Source: Bradymonadia bacterium (GTDB lineage: Bacteria; Myxococcota_A; Bradymonadia; UBA7976; UBA1532). Taken from it: a stretch of DNA of 64,000 bases. The notes beneath the pieces are model-generated. The model was not told the DNA's origin and ran no database searches. It saw nothing but the letters and a program-made list of their open reading frames with translations. The translations under genes and the position numbers were made by a program. The DNA is taken from NCBI GenBank assembly GCA_046290225.1, contig JBKAGE010000007.1, positions 1 through 64,000 on the forward strand, read 5' to 3'. Positions 16,330 to 25,871 of this stretch are shown one piece after another. Within the stretch, counting starts at the first letter, position 1. The number at the start of each line of letters is the position of its first letter.

Positions 16330-18825
16330 TTACTGTGCGGTCACAGTCAGGGTGAAGGGCGCGGCGAAGCCAGCGGCGCCCTGGCCGACGAAGCCGTCGA
16401 CGAAGATGTAGGCGGCCTGATCAGCCTCCAGGGTCATCGTCATGGCGCTCAGGAAGTTGCCGCCCTGAGTGTCGATGTCGTCGTTGCAGGCCAGCTCGGC
16501 CACCTCGGCGCTGTAGCCGCAGAACTGACGGGCGAAGAGGAGGGTGTCACCCTCGCCGTCGATCTCCACCAGGTAGTCGCCAGCGGCGGGGGCCGTGAAG
16601 GCGTAGATGACCTGGGGGCCACCGCCACCGCAGGTGCCGGCGCCGCCGATGTTGGCGGCCTCGGTGCTGTCGCCCATCACCGACCAGACGCCCTCGCCGG
16701 TCATGGCAGCGTTGAGATCACCGATCTCACCGAAGGCCTCGGGGCACTCCACCACGGGCACGCCACAGGCGCCGAGGAGCTCGCCCTCGGCGGGCACGCC
16801 GCAGAGTTCACCCTCGGGGCAGATGCCCAGAGCGCCAGCCTCGTCACAGGCACCGCCGGACTCCACCTCGGGGGTGGCGATCACGGCGAGCTCGGTGGCC
16901 TCGGACTCAAGGCCGGCGATGTCGATGGCGGTCACCTCGATGGCGCCCACGTCAGCGAGGTTCACGGCGTCGCCGAGGAACACACCGAAGGCGGCCTGGT
17001 AGGCGCCCTCTTCACCAGCCACCACCTGCACACCGGTCTCGAACTCGGCGGGCACGGGGCCCTGCTGGCCGTCGATGAGGATGGGGGAGCCGTTGGCGTT
17101 GAGCAGCACCACGCGGGCGGCGACCACGTCGCCCTCGCCGTCGATGCCCTCGAAGGTGGCGCCGAAGGCACCGGTGGTGTCGTTGCCGTAGCCCTGACCC
17201 ATGGTGATGGTGGGGGCGGTGGCCACGGAGCAGACGAAGTTCTCCTCGCCGTCCTCGGTGCGATCGAGGCAGAAGTCACCCTCGCCACAGGCGGAGAAGC
17301 CGCCGGCGGAGTCACAGGGCTCGCCGTTGGCCACCACGGGGGTGGCACCGAGCTCGATGGTGAGGTCGTTGCTCTGCAGGCCAGCGACGTCGAAGATGAT
17401 CACGCGGATCGAAGCCACGACGGCGAAGTCCTCGGGGAGCTGGGCGGAGAAGGTGGCGATGAAGTCACCGTCAGCCTGCTCCACCTCGGCGAAGCCCACC
17501 TCGTCGAAGCCGGCGGAGAAGCTACCGTCCTCGCTGAGGCCGGGGATCACAGCGCCGTTCTCGTCGAGGAAGAACACCTGGAAGGCCGAGACGTCGTTCT
17601 CGGCGTCGGTGCCGAGGGCGGTCCAGGCCACGGCGGCGGCGCCGTTGGCGTTGGGGTTGTAGAAGCCCTCGAGCTCGCCGAGCACCGGCGCGGTGGCCGT
17701 GGTGCAGGCGGTGGGGCCGGCGGGATCCTCGCGGTTGATGCAGGCCTCGCCCTCGGGGCAGACGTTGAAGCCGCCCACAGGATCACAGTCGTCGCCGCTG
17801 CCGAGGACGGCAGGGGCCTGAGTCTGAGCTTCGGCGGGCTCGCTCTCGAGGCCGAGGCCGTCGATGAGCACCAGGCGCACGCCGCGGGTACCAGCGAGCT
17901 CTTCGGGCAGGCCCGCGGAGAACTCCATGGTGAAGCCGTCGGGGCTCTGATCGATGGTGGCGAAGCCCACCTCGTCGAAGCCAGCCTGGAAGGAGCCGGT
18001 GTCGCCGAAGGGCAAATCAGCACCGTTCTCGTCGAGGAAGGTCAGACGGAAGGCGCTGATGTCGGCCTCGGCGTCGGTGCCGGTGGCCCGGAAGGCCAGC
18101 ACGGTGTCGGCCTCGTTGTAGAAAGCCTCGATGGTGTCGATGCTCGGGGCCTCGGCGTTGCTCAGCTCCACCGTGAGGGTGAAGTCGGTGGGGCCGCCCT
18201 CGAAGCTGTCCACCACGATGAAGCCGGTCTGATCCGCCTCCATGTTCACGGCGACGCTGCTGGCCAGGTTCATCTGGCTGATGTCGTCGTTGCAGGCCAG
18301 CTCGGTGCCGGCGTCGGTGCAGTCGGTCCGCACGTAGAGTACGGTGTCGGCGCCGGCGGACTCACCGGTGCTGATGATGTAGAGGCCAGCCTCAGCGGCG
18401 GTGAACTGGAACACCGCGTCGGTGTGAGAGGCCTGGGGGTTGCTGCAGGAGCCGGAGAAGTCGTCGCCGCTGGTGGCGCCGCTGTAGCGCCACACGCCGC
18501 CGTTGGCGCCCTCAGCGTTGAGGTCGACCACGTCGACACCGGCACCACAGACGCCGGGCTCGCCGCCACCGGCACCACCCATCATGCCGGCCTCACCGCC
18601 GGCACCGCCGCCGCCCATGCCGGCCTCGCCGCCAGCACCAGCGACGCCGCCGCCCATGCCGGCCTCGCCACCGGCGCCGCCGCCAGCCACGCCGCCCATG
18701 CCGGCCTCGCCGCCAGCACCACCCGTGGCGTCACTGCCGGCATCTTCACTGTCACACCCGACAAGGCACATGGCCGCCAGGGCAGGAGCGGCGAGCAGGC
18801 GCCACATATCTACGGTCTTTTTCAT
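16330..18825 (-). CDS. Large acidic surface lipoprotein with PPC-like (ELACNDD) domains and three internal beta-sandwich-like repeats
   Basis: GGAGG then ATG 18825, lipobox LVGC, GGAGGEAGMGG linker, DTVLYVR..ELACNDD-type domains at both ends, three GTD.E.D....FLDENG...D..GL.S repeats separated by Cys knots. Confidence 0.82.
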   Translation of the reverse strand: MKKTVDMWRLLAAPALAAMCLVGCDSEDAGSDATGGAGGEAGMGGVAGGGAGGEAGMGGGVAGAGGEAGMGGGGAGGEAGMMGGAGGGEPGVCGAGVDVVDLNAEGANGGVWRYSGATSGDDFSGSCSNPQASHTDAVFQFTAAEAGLYIISTGESAGADTVLYVRTDCTDAGTELACNDDISQMNLASSVAVNMEADQTGFIVVDSFEGGPTDFTLTVELSNAEAPSIDTIEAFYNEADTVLAFRATGTDAEADISAFRLTFLDENGADLPFGDTGSFQAGFDEVGFATIDQSPDGFTMEFSAGLPEELAGTRGVRLVLIDGLGLESEPAEAQTQAPAVLGSGDDCDPVGGFNVCPEGEACINREDPAGPTACTTATAPVLGELEGFYNPNANGAAAVAWTALGTDAENDVSAFQVFFLDENGAVIPGLSEDGSFSAGFDEVGFAEVEQADGDFIATFSAQLPEDFAVVASIRVIIFDVAGLQSNDLTIELGATPVVANGEPCDSAGGFSACGEGDFCLDRTEDGEENFVCSVATAPTITMGQGYGNDTTGAFGATFEGIDGEGDVVAARVVLLNANGSPILIDGQQGPVPAEFETGVQVVAGEEGAYQAAFGVFLGDAVNLADVGAIEVTAIDIAGLESEATELAVIATPEVESGGACDEAGALGICPEGELCGVPAEGELLGACGVPVVECPEAFGEIGDLNAAMTGEGVWSVMGDSTEAANIGGAGTCGGGGPQVIYAFTAPAAGDYLVEIDGEGDTLLFARQFCGYSAEVAELACNDDIDTQGGNFLSAMTMTLEADQAAYIFVDGFVGQGAAGFAAPFTLTVTAQ

Positions 18826-19143
18826 ACCGTCCTCCACCTCACCGGGGGCCTTTCAGGGGCGCGCCGGCTCAGAAAAACTCACAGGCTCGAATCAAAGCCC
18901 AGTCAAAAGTCGGCGCAGACTACTCAAGTGGGGGGAGACGTCGCAAGTGCAGCTCATTGCCTTCTCGATCTTTCATACGCGAAGGCAGACATCTGTATAC
19001 GCGTGCACACGCTCGCGCGTTGCCGGAGCACGCTCATGGGTATGGTGTAATCTATGGCGAAGACATCAGGCCCCCGAGCATACGTTGAGGGGTTGATGAC
19101 CCGCAGGGGGCATGCGCGTATCCACGTGGAACTTCGCCGTCGG

Positions 19144-19296
19144 TCAAGATTTAAGCAGGGCCTCGAAGAAAGGCGGCGGGCTGCTCTCGCTCGAGGCGTG
19201 CTGAATGCACACCGAGGCGCTCTCCGCCCGAGCCTGACAGCCGTGCAGCCCCAAGGTGAAGGCGCAGAGAAGAAGAGAAACGATCTGTGTCTTCAC
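19144..19296 (-). CDS. Putative 50-aa small lipoprotein
   Basis: GTG start with GGAG upstream. MKTQIVSLLLCAFTLGLHGC is a signal peptide plus lipobox. Confidence 0.45.
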   Translation of the reverse strand: MKTQIVSLLLCAFTLGLHGCQARAESASVCIQHASSESSPPPFFEALLKS

Positions 19297-19398
19297 CGAA
19301 GCGCTCCGAGGTGTGGTCCACGTGGAGCCTTCTCCAGGTCTCTGGGGCAAGGCAGATCTATCGAGGCATCTGATACACTGCCCGCCATCTCGAAGACC

Positions 19399-21849
19399 AT
19401 GAGGCAGCTGATGATCTCCAAACATCTGTGGATCGCCCTGAGCGCAGTGACTGCGTTGTGGGCCTGCGACGACACCGAAGAGCCCGCCAACGATCGCGAT
19501 GTGGCGGTGGGGCCCTGTAATGCCCCAGCGTGCATCGGTGGCTCAGGGGGCGAAGCCGGCGCTGGCGGCGAAGCCGGTATGGGTGGCACCCCCACGGGTG
19601 GTATGGGCGGCACGCCCACGGGCGGCGCCGGTGGCGTCGGCGGTGTAGCAGGCGCAGGCGGTGAGCCAGGAGGCGCTGGTGGCGTCGTAGAGCCTGACGC
19701 CTTCGTGCTCCCTGATGCTGGTCTGCCCGATGCCGAGATCCCCGACGCGGGGCGCCCGGTGATGAACCCCCTCGTGCCCCGTGTGGAGAACCGCACCTGC
19801 GCGTTCCCCGAGATCCCGCCCGCTGGCGACATGGAGATCGAGCTGGCCTTCGGCAATCTGGATTTCGCCCGGCCGCTGTGGCTCGGCACCGCGCCAGGCG
19901 ACACAGATCACATCTATGTGATGGAGCAGGGCGGCCGGATTCTGGTCTTCGACGATGATCGAGAGGTCGATGAGACCGAAGTCTTCCTCGACTTGTCGGT
20001 CAGCCGTGCGGGCAACGAAGAGGGGCTGCTGGGGCTGGCATTTCACCCTGATTACGCCGAGAACGGCCGCCTGTTCTTGTACTACTCCGCGAGCAACCCA
20101 CGGCGATCAGTCATCAGCGAGTGGTCGCGAGACCGGAACAACCCGCTCCGAGTCGACCCGGCCTCCGAGCGGATCATCCTCGAGGTGGGGCAGCCCTTCA
20201 GCAATCACAACGGCGGGGACATGCACTTCGGCCCCGACGACTATCTCTACATCAGCCTCGGTGACGGCGGCTCGGGCGGTGATCCTGAGAACCATGGTCA
20301 GCGACCCACCACCCTGCTCGGCAGCGTGCTGCGCATCGACATCGACAACGTCTCTCCGGGCTGCAACTACGGCATCCCCCCGGACAACCCCTTTGCCGTA
20401 GGGAATGGCTGTGCAGGCGGTCAGGAAGGCCGGCCCGAGATCTGGGCATGGGGTCTGCGCAATGTCTGGCGCATGAGCTTCGACCGCAGCACCGGCGAGC
20501 TCTGGGCCGGTGATGTGGGTCAGGGCGCCTACGAAGAGATCGACATCCTCGAGGGCGGCCGCAACTACGGCTGGAACCAGGTGGAAGGCTTTGCCTGTTA
20601 CCGACGCGGGTGCGATCCGAGCGCATATGCGGATCCGGTGTTCGCCTATGGCCGCGGTGAGGGGCAGTCCATCACGGGCGGTTACGTCTACCGTGGCCCC
20701 GACTTCCCCGAGCTCTATGGTGCCTACATTTATGCGGATTATCGCAACGGTCGCATCTGGGCCCTGCGCCTGCGGCCCGGCGCCGAGCCTGTGAACACCC
20801 TGCTCGTGGACACCCCGGTCCGCATCGCCAGCTTTGGCGAAGACATCGATGGCCGCCTCTACTTCACCGCCTTCGACGGCCACATCTGGGGCCTTCGCCG
20901 ACGAGCTCAGGGCCCCGAGGTCCAGCCCCTGCCTCCGCGCCTGAGCGACACGGGCTGCTTCGACGATCTCACCGACATGGCACCTGCTGCAGGGGTGATC
21001 CCCTATCAGCTGAACGTGCCCTTCTGGAGCGACAACGCCCGGAAGTCCCGCTTCGTAGCGATGCCAGAGGGCGGCGCCGCCACATACACCGAGACCGGAG
21101 CCTTCGAGTTCCCCCTGGGCACAGTGGTCATCAAGCACTTCGAGATCGACGACGCCGCAGGCAACAGCCGCCGACTCGAGACCCGGTTCATGGTGCACCA
21201 GCCCACGGGCTGGCAGGGCTACACCTACCGCTGGAACGCCGAGCAGACCGACGCTGTGCTTCTCACTGGCGCCATGGACGAGGTGGTGAGCGGTCCTGAG
21301 GGTGAGCAGACCTGGCACTACCCTGCCCGCTCGGACTGCGACGGCTGTCACACAGAAGCTGCGGGGCACGTGCTGGGGTTCCGAGGTCAACAGCTCGACC
21401 GCACCATGGTGTACGGCGATGTGCAGTACCCCCAGCTCGAGGCCCTCTCCGAGGCTGGCCTGCTCTCCGGCGATCTGCCCGCTGAGCGTCAGGCGTTCCC
21501 CCGCCTCAACGACAACGCGGTGCCCCTCGCCGAGCGGGCGCGGGTGATGCTCGACGTGAACTGCGCCATGTGTCACCAGCCTGATGGGCCAGGGAACGCC
21601 ACCATCGATCTACGGGTGGAGACGCCCTTTGCCGAGCAGCGCCTGTGCAACGCCGAGCCCGGTCAGGGCGATCTGGGCCTCGCCGGCGCCCGCATCGTGG
21701 CCCCCGGCGAGCCAGCACGCTCAGTGCTGCTGCAACGTATGTCGGTGCTCGGTGAAGATCGCATGCCCCCAGTGGGCAGCAACGTGGTCGATGCCGAAGG
21801 TGTGCGCTTGATCCAGAGTTGGATCGAGTCGATGAACGGCTGCGAGTAA
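19399..21849 (+). CDS. Lipoprotein: PQQ-dependent sugar dehydrogenase (GSDH-type beta-propeller) fused to a diheme c-type cytochrome module
   Basis: Lipobox LWAC; EEGLLGLAFHPDY, NHNGG, YISLGDGG, IPPDNPF, WGLRNVWRMSFD, DVGQ..YEEI, SFGED; then LSDTGCF, FWSDNA.K.R, CDGCH and CAMCH. Confidence 0.88.
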   Translation: MRQLMISKHLWIALSAVTALWACDDTEEPANDRDVAVGPCNAPACIGGSGGEAGAGGEAGMGGTPTGGMGGTPTGGAGGVGGVAGAGGEPGGAGGVVEPDAFVLPDAGLPDAEIPDAGRPVMNPLVPRVENRTCAFPEIPPAGDMEIELAFGNLDFARPLWLGTAPGDTDHIYVMEQGGRILVFDDDREVDETEVFLDLSVSRAGNEEGLLGLAFHPDYAENGRLFLYYSASNPRRSVISEWSRDRNNPLRVDPASERIILEVGQPFSNHNGGDMHFGPDDYLYISLGDGGSGGDPENHGQRPTTLLGSVLRIDIDNVSPGCNYGIPPDNPFAVGNGCAGGQEGRPEIWAWGLRNVWRMSFDRSTGELWAGDVGQGAYEEIDILEGGRNYGWNQVEGFACYRRGCDPSAYADPVFAYGRGEGQSITGGYVYRGPDFPELYGAYIYADYRNGRIWALRLRPGAEPVNTLLVDTPVRIASFGEDIDGRLYFTAFDGHIWGLRRRAQGPEVQPLPPRLSDTGCFDDLTDMAPAAGVIPYQLNVPFWSDNARKSRFVAMPEGGAATYTETGAFEFPLGTVVIKHFEIDDAAGNSRRLETRFMVHQPTGWQGYTYRWNAEQTDAVLLTGAMDEVVSGPEGEQTWHYPARSDCDGCHTEAAGHVLGFRGQQLDRTMVYGDVQYPQLEALSEAGLLSGDLPAERQAFPRLNDNAVPLAERARVMLDVNCAMCHQPDGPGNATIDLRVETPFAEQRLCNAEPGQGDLGLAGARIVAPGEPARSVLLQRMSVLGEDRMPPVGSNVVDAEGVRLIQSWIESMNGCE

Positions 21850-21872
21850 CCCGGTATCAGATCAGGCTGAGT

Positions 21873-24344
21873 CTATAGGTCCGCGCACCACCCGAACTCG
21901 GCCCGCTGTCCGGGACCGATCACCGCGTTCCACTCCACCCCGGTGAACCGCACCCGCCCACTGTCGGCCGTGCGGTTGGCGTTCCACAGGTTGATGATCG
22001 TGCCTTCGACGTCGGCCTCGACCGCCCACTCCAGATCATCCTCCGTCACGTTGACGACCACCGCGTTCATGCACACGCCCGTGGGCCAGCGGGAAGCCTC
22101 GCGCAGATCGAGCTCTGCCCCCTCGGCGGTGGGACCAGGCTCTGGCTCGGGCTCCGGATCCACCATCACGGGGGGCGGCTCGACCACCTCACCGGGCTCG
22201 GTGGGCACCAGATCTGCTCCAGGCACGTCTTCTTCGGTGTCTCCGCCAACGCGCAGACGGAAATGGCTCGTGGCGGTCAGTGCTGGCAGCACGTCCGACA
22301 GCTGTGCGAGGCCGTCGCCTGCGATGTGGTTGATGTAACACGCCATCGGCAGCGCATCGTCGATGCCGAAGCCATAGCGGATCCATTGCCGCACATAGCA
22401 ATCGCGCACGGCTGGCGCCTCACCCAACGCAGCGCCGAGCTCGGGCAGACCGTCGATGAGGATGTCGTCCCCCTCGGTCTGCACGATACGCCCGCTGGCG
22501 TCGATGGGGTGAACACCGTCCAGATCGCGGTAGCGGCCGATGCCATCGAAGTGCTCGAAGGCGAAGCCGATGGGATCAATGAGGCGGTGACAGCCCGAGC
22601 ACGCCGCGTCGCTGGAGTGCTGGCTGTAGCGCTCCCGCGTACTGCGGGTCGGATCTACAGGTGGTGGCGCGGTGTCGAGGTTCGCCGGCGGATCAGGCAG
22701 CTTCTGACACAGCATGCGCTCCCGCACCATCAAGCCACGGTGGATCGGCGAGCTGTTGGCTGGCAGCGCGTGGGTCGTCAGCACGCTGCCATGGCTCAAG
22801 ATGCCGCCATAAGGGCTCGCGCTGAGATCGACCTCTCCCCAATCCCCCATCGCCTGCAGGCCATAGTGATCGGCGAGACGCGGCGACATCGCCCGCTGCT
22901 GCGCCGTGAACAGCTCTCGCAGCCCACCGCCCTCGGTCCAGAGGGTGGCGACGAAACGTCGGGTCTCTTCGGCCATATCGGCCCGCAGCTCGGCGGTCAG
23001 CTCAGGATAGACCTCGGGATCCCGAGGCACGACCGACAGGTTCTCGAGTTCTAACCAGCGATCCGCGAACCGGATCATGACCCCGGCGCTCCGCGGATCA
23101 GCGAGCAATCGATCTGCCTGGGTGGCGATCTCGGCGGGGTCGAGCAGGCGGCCATCTACGGCGCGATCCCACAACTCGTCGTCGGGGGTGGTTTGCCAGA
23201 ACAGGTAGCTCAGCTCCGCGGCGATCTCGAAGGAGGTGAGTGCGAAGCCCCCGTCGACCCGCCGGCCCAGCTCGCTGCGATACAGGAAGTGAGGTGACTG
23301 CAAAAGCGCGGCGATCATCCACCGCGCACCGACCTCGCGGCTCTCCTCTGCGCCGATGGCGTAGATGTCGAGGTAGCGAATCTGCTCTTCGGGAGTGAGC
23401 GGTCGCCGCAGCAGCCTCGCACCGAGACCCGCGAGTGTGGTCTGCATGCACGCCTGGCTGGGCGCACAGTCGAGCAGACGCCCGAGGTCGACCTGCTCGG
23501 CGATCTGCTCGGCGGCGAGTCGGTACTGATCCGCGAGCAGGCTGGTCACCGTCAGCGCGTCGGCGTTGTTGTCGAAACCGTGCACCACCCGATCGGCGGC
23601 GAAGGCCTCTTCGGCCTCGTAATCCACCCCCAGCAGATCGTGCACCGTGTGGGTGTACTCGGCGTGGCTGAGGCGGCGCAGCGCGCGGTGACCAGGAGGC
23701 GGCTCGGAGCAGTCTGCAGGGGCTTCGGGGGGCTCACGATCAGGATCAGTGGGCTCGCCACAGGCGTCGCGGGCGCCCGTCAATCGATCGGCGAGGTGGA
23801 CCAGATCACGGTACCCCTGGCTGCCCACCGAGAGCACCATGCCACCCCCGTGGCCGTCCGGGTGTGTCGCCGTGGGCTTGAGGAGCAGGATCGGCGTGTC
23901 GCGTACACGCTCGTCGGCGAGCACGGCGAGGGCGTCGAGATCAGCTTGCACATCTACGGGGCCCTGCAAGAGCAGGCGGGTGCCACCGGCGACCCCCTCG
24001 GCGACGTGACAGGTGACGCAGGTGGTGCTGAACGTCGGCTGCCACACCTGCTCGAGGTAGAAGTCTTCGGTGGAGACACAGTCAGCGGGCCCTGCATCTG
24101 CGCCGGGCACCCCTGGACCGGCGTCCGACCCCGGCTCTCCAGACCCGGCATCTACGTTGGGATCATCACGCCCGGCGTCTGGACTCGGCGCCTCTGGCCC
24201 CGCATCAGCACCGGGCATTTCCCCCTCAGGTCCGGGGCTCGAAGCGTCAGCACCGGGTACGGGCTGCGTGTCTGCCTGCTCAGCATCTTCAGAGCAGCCG
24301 ATCAGTGCGAAGAGCATCAGGCCAATCGACAAACGATGCATCAC
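21873..24344 (-). CDS. DUF1592/DUF1588/DUF1587/DUF1595-type cytochrome c lipoprotein with C-terminal CBM2-like domain
   Basis: Lipobox LIGC; CVTCH; LRRLSHAEY..TV.DLLG, LQSPHFLYR, SSPIHRG, CSGCH..IDPIGFAFEHFD; C-terminal W..G..WNA..WNA.I.PG....FG CBM2 pattern. Confidence 0.87.
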   Translation of the reverse strand: MMHRLSIGLMLFALIGCSEDAEQADTQPVPGADASSPGPEGEMPGADAGPEAPSPDAGRDDPNVDAGSGEPGSDAGPGVPGADAGPADCVSTEDFYLEQVWQPTFSTTCVTCHVAEGVAGGTRLLLQGPVDVQADLDALAVLADERVRDTPILLLKPTATHPDGHGGGMVLSVGSQGYRDLVHLADRLTGARDACGEPTDPDREPPEAPADCSEPPPGHRALRRLSHAEYTHTVHDLLGVDYEAEEAFAADRVVHGFDNNADALTVTSLLADQYRLAAEQIAEQVDLGRLLDCAPSQACMQTTLAGLGARLLRRPLTPEEQIRYLDIYAIGAEESREVGARWMIAALLQSPHFLYRSELGRRVDGGFALTSFEIAAELSYLFWQTTPDDELWDRAVDGRLLDPAEIATQADRLLADPRSAGVMIRFADRWLELENLSVVPRDPEVYPELTAELRADMAEETRRFVATLWTEGGGLRELFTAQQRAMSPRLADHYGLQAMGDWGEVDLSASPYGGILSHGSVLTTHALPANSSPIHRGLMVRERMLCQKLPDPPANLDTAPPPVDPTRSTRERYSQHSSDAACSGCHRLIDPIGFAFEHFDGIGRYRDLDGVHPIDASGRIVQTEGDDILIDGLPELGAALGEAPAVRDCYVRQWIRYGFGIDDALPMACYINHIAGDGLAQLSDVLPALTATSHFRLRVGGDTEEDVPGADLVPTEPGEVVEPPPVMVDPEPEPEPGPTAEGAELDLREASRWPTGVCMNAVVVNVTEDDLEWAVEADVEGTIINLWNANRTADSGRVRFTGVEWNAVIGPGQRAEFGWCADL

Positions 24345-25615
24345 ATCACCCCCGCCAGACCACCACTCGCCGTACTCGGATCACCAAAGGTGTCGAGGGC
24401 CATGCCGAACATCCGGGTCAGGCTGACCAGCAGCTTGCTGTGAGAGTCGCCGTTGAAGTGCAGGTAACGCCCGCCGTTCACGGCGCCCGCCAGCACGAAG
24501 GGCACATCCTCCGTCACGTGCAACCGCGGATCACCCATCTCCTTGCACCACATCACCACCGTCGAATCGAGCAGCGTGCCCCCCGTCTCGGGATCATCCG
24601 TGGCCGCGAGTCGGTCGAGCAAGTGGGCAAAGCGACCTGCCACCCATCGCTCGGCGGTGACGAAGTCCTGCACCTTCTCGATGTGATTGTCATTGGCGTG
24701 GGACAACGAGTGATGCCCGTCGACGTTGCCGGCCCAGGTGAAAACCACCGGGCTGATGGAGTGACTGAACTGAACCGTCGCCACATGGGTGAGCCCACAG
24801 GCGAGGGCGGTGACGGCGAGATCGATCTGGGCCTCGAGGAGGGCCGGGCCGTTGTCGTTGATGTTCGGCTGGAGCGCATCTGGCGCTTCGGGGGCGGCGC
24901 AGTCGCCGACCTCGCTGAACAGGCTCTGCTCGACGCTGCGAATGGAGGCGAGGTGGGCCTGGAGCTTGATCTGCTCCGCCCGGCCGACGCGGCGGTGCAG
25001 ATCAGTCAGCTCTGCCCGCTGGGTGTCGAGGATGCTCTGGCGCAAACGGCGCAATCGCGCCTGGGCATCGGCGTCGCCTGCCAGATCGCCGAACATGCGC
25101 CCGAAGGCCCGTCGTGGATCCCAGTCGGGGTGCACGAGCTCACCGGGGCCGCGGTAGCAGATCCGCGTCTGCGCCTGGGCGCCCCAGAGATCGGTGAGCA
25201 CCCCGAACTCCAACGAGGGGAACCGATCACCACGGCCGATGTGTTCGGCGATGACTTGATCGACAGACATGCCCCGGGTCGGCGTGTCGGCGCCGCCGTG
25301 GTTCGTCAGCATCGCCGACTGCCCACCTTCGTGGTTCGTGCCGGTGAAGAAGTTGACCCCATCGACGATGAGCAGGCGCTCACGCCATCGCTGGAGCGGC
25401 TCGAGCACCGAGCCTTCGCGCAACACGAAATCGCGCTCTCCGCCACCTGGCCGCCAATGCTGGTGGATGCATCCATTGGGTGAGGAGAAGATCAGCAGCC
25501 GCCGCGGGCCTTCGGGCACCTGCGCCCGTGCGTCGCGTGTCAGCAACTGGCAAAAGGGCGCGGCGAGCAGTGATGCCCCCAGGCTCTGAACAAACCCCCG
25601 TCGGGTCGTTGACAC
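24341..25615 (-). CDS. DUF1552 (HXXSHH-type) Tat-exported protein
   Basis: Tat motif TRRGF, PNG, SVDQVIA, P..AF.R.FG, SILD, ALACGLTHV, HHSLSH, LLDST. GGAGG RBS. Overlaps the next gene by 4 bp. Confidence 0.88.
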   Translation of the reverse strand: MSTTRRGFVQSLGASLLAAPFCQLLTRDARAQVPEGPRRLLIFSSPNGCIHQHWRPGGGERDFVLREGSVLEPLQRWRERLLIVDGVNFFTGTNHEGGQSAMLTNHGGADTPTRGMSVDQVIAEHIGRGDRFPSLEFGVLTDLWGAQAQTRICYRGPGELVHPDWDPRRAFGRMFGDLAGDADAQARLRRLRQSILDTQRAELTDLHRRVGRAEQIKLQAHLASIRSVEQSLFSEVGDCAAPEAPDALQPNINDNGPALLEAQIDLAVTALACGLTHVATVQFSHSISPVVFTWAGNVDGHHSLSHANDNHIEKVQDFVTAERWVAGRFAHLLDRLAATDDPETGGTLLDSTVVMWCKEMGDPRLHVTEDVPFVLAGAVNGGRYLHFNGDSHSKLLVSLTRMFGMALDTFGDPSTASGGLAGVM

Positions 25616-25667
25616 AGTGCCTCCTCTGTCACATGTAGCGATTTTGATGCGTTTGGAGTCTACCAGA

Positions 25668-25825
25668 TCGTGCTCTGCATTCGTATTGAGTCGGGAGGAC
25701 GCAGGATTGAGGTCAGAGTTCGGGGGCGAAGAGCGCAGGCGATGCCAAAGTATCGTCGAGCATCTTCAACCTCGAAATCTGACCTCAAGACAAGTACTCA
25801 CACTCAATCCGAATGCAGAGCACGA
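25668..25825. repeat. 158-bp long-hairpin inverted-repeat element with GCAGGCG-hairpin-CGTCGAG at the apex
   Basis: Terminal inverted repeat 25668-25691/25802-25825 (23/24), inner imperfect arm 25707-25732/25763-25788, AGA on both flanks. Confidence 0.82.
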
Positions 25826-25871
25826 AGAGGCAGGAAACCGGGGTCTACAGGGTGAGCCTGGCAGTCAGTGC

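Noticed and set aside
16180..19050. 956-aa plus-strand ORF
   Set aside because: Antisense shadow of the lipoprotein at 16330-18825; high GC3 suppresses stops on the opposite strand, and it has no motifs.
19054..19398. N-terminal 115-aa extension of the PQQ dehydrogenase ORF
   Set aside because: The signal peptide and lipobox start near 19399, and the extension overlaps a plausible opposite-strand small gene.
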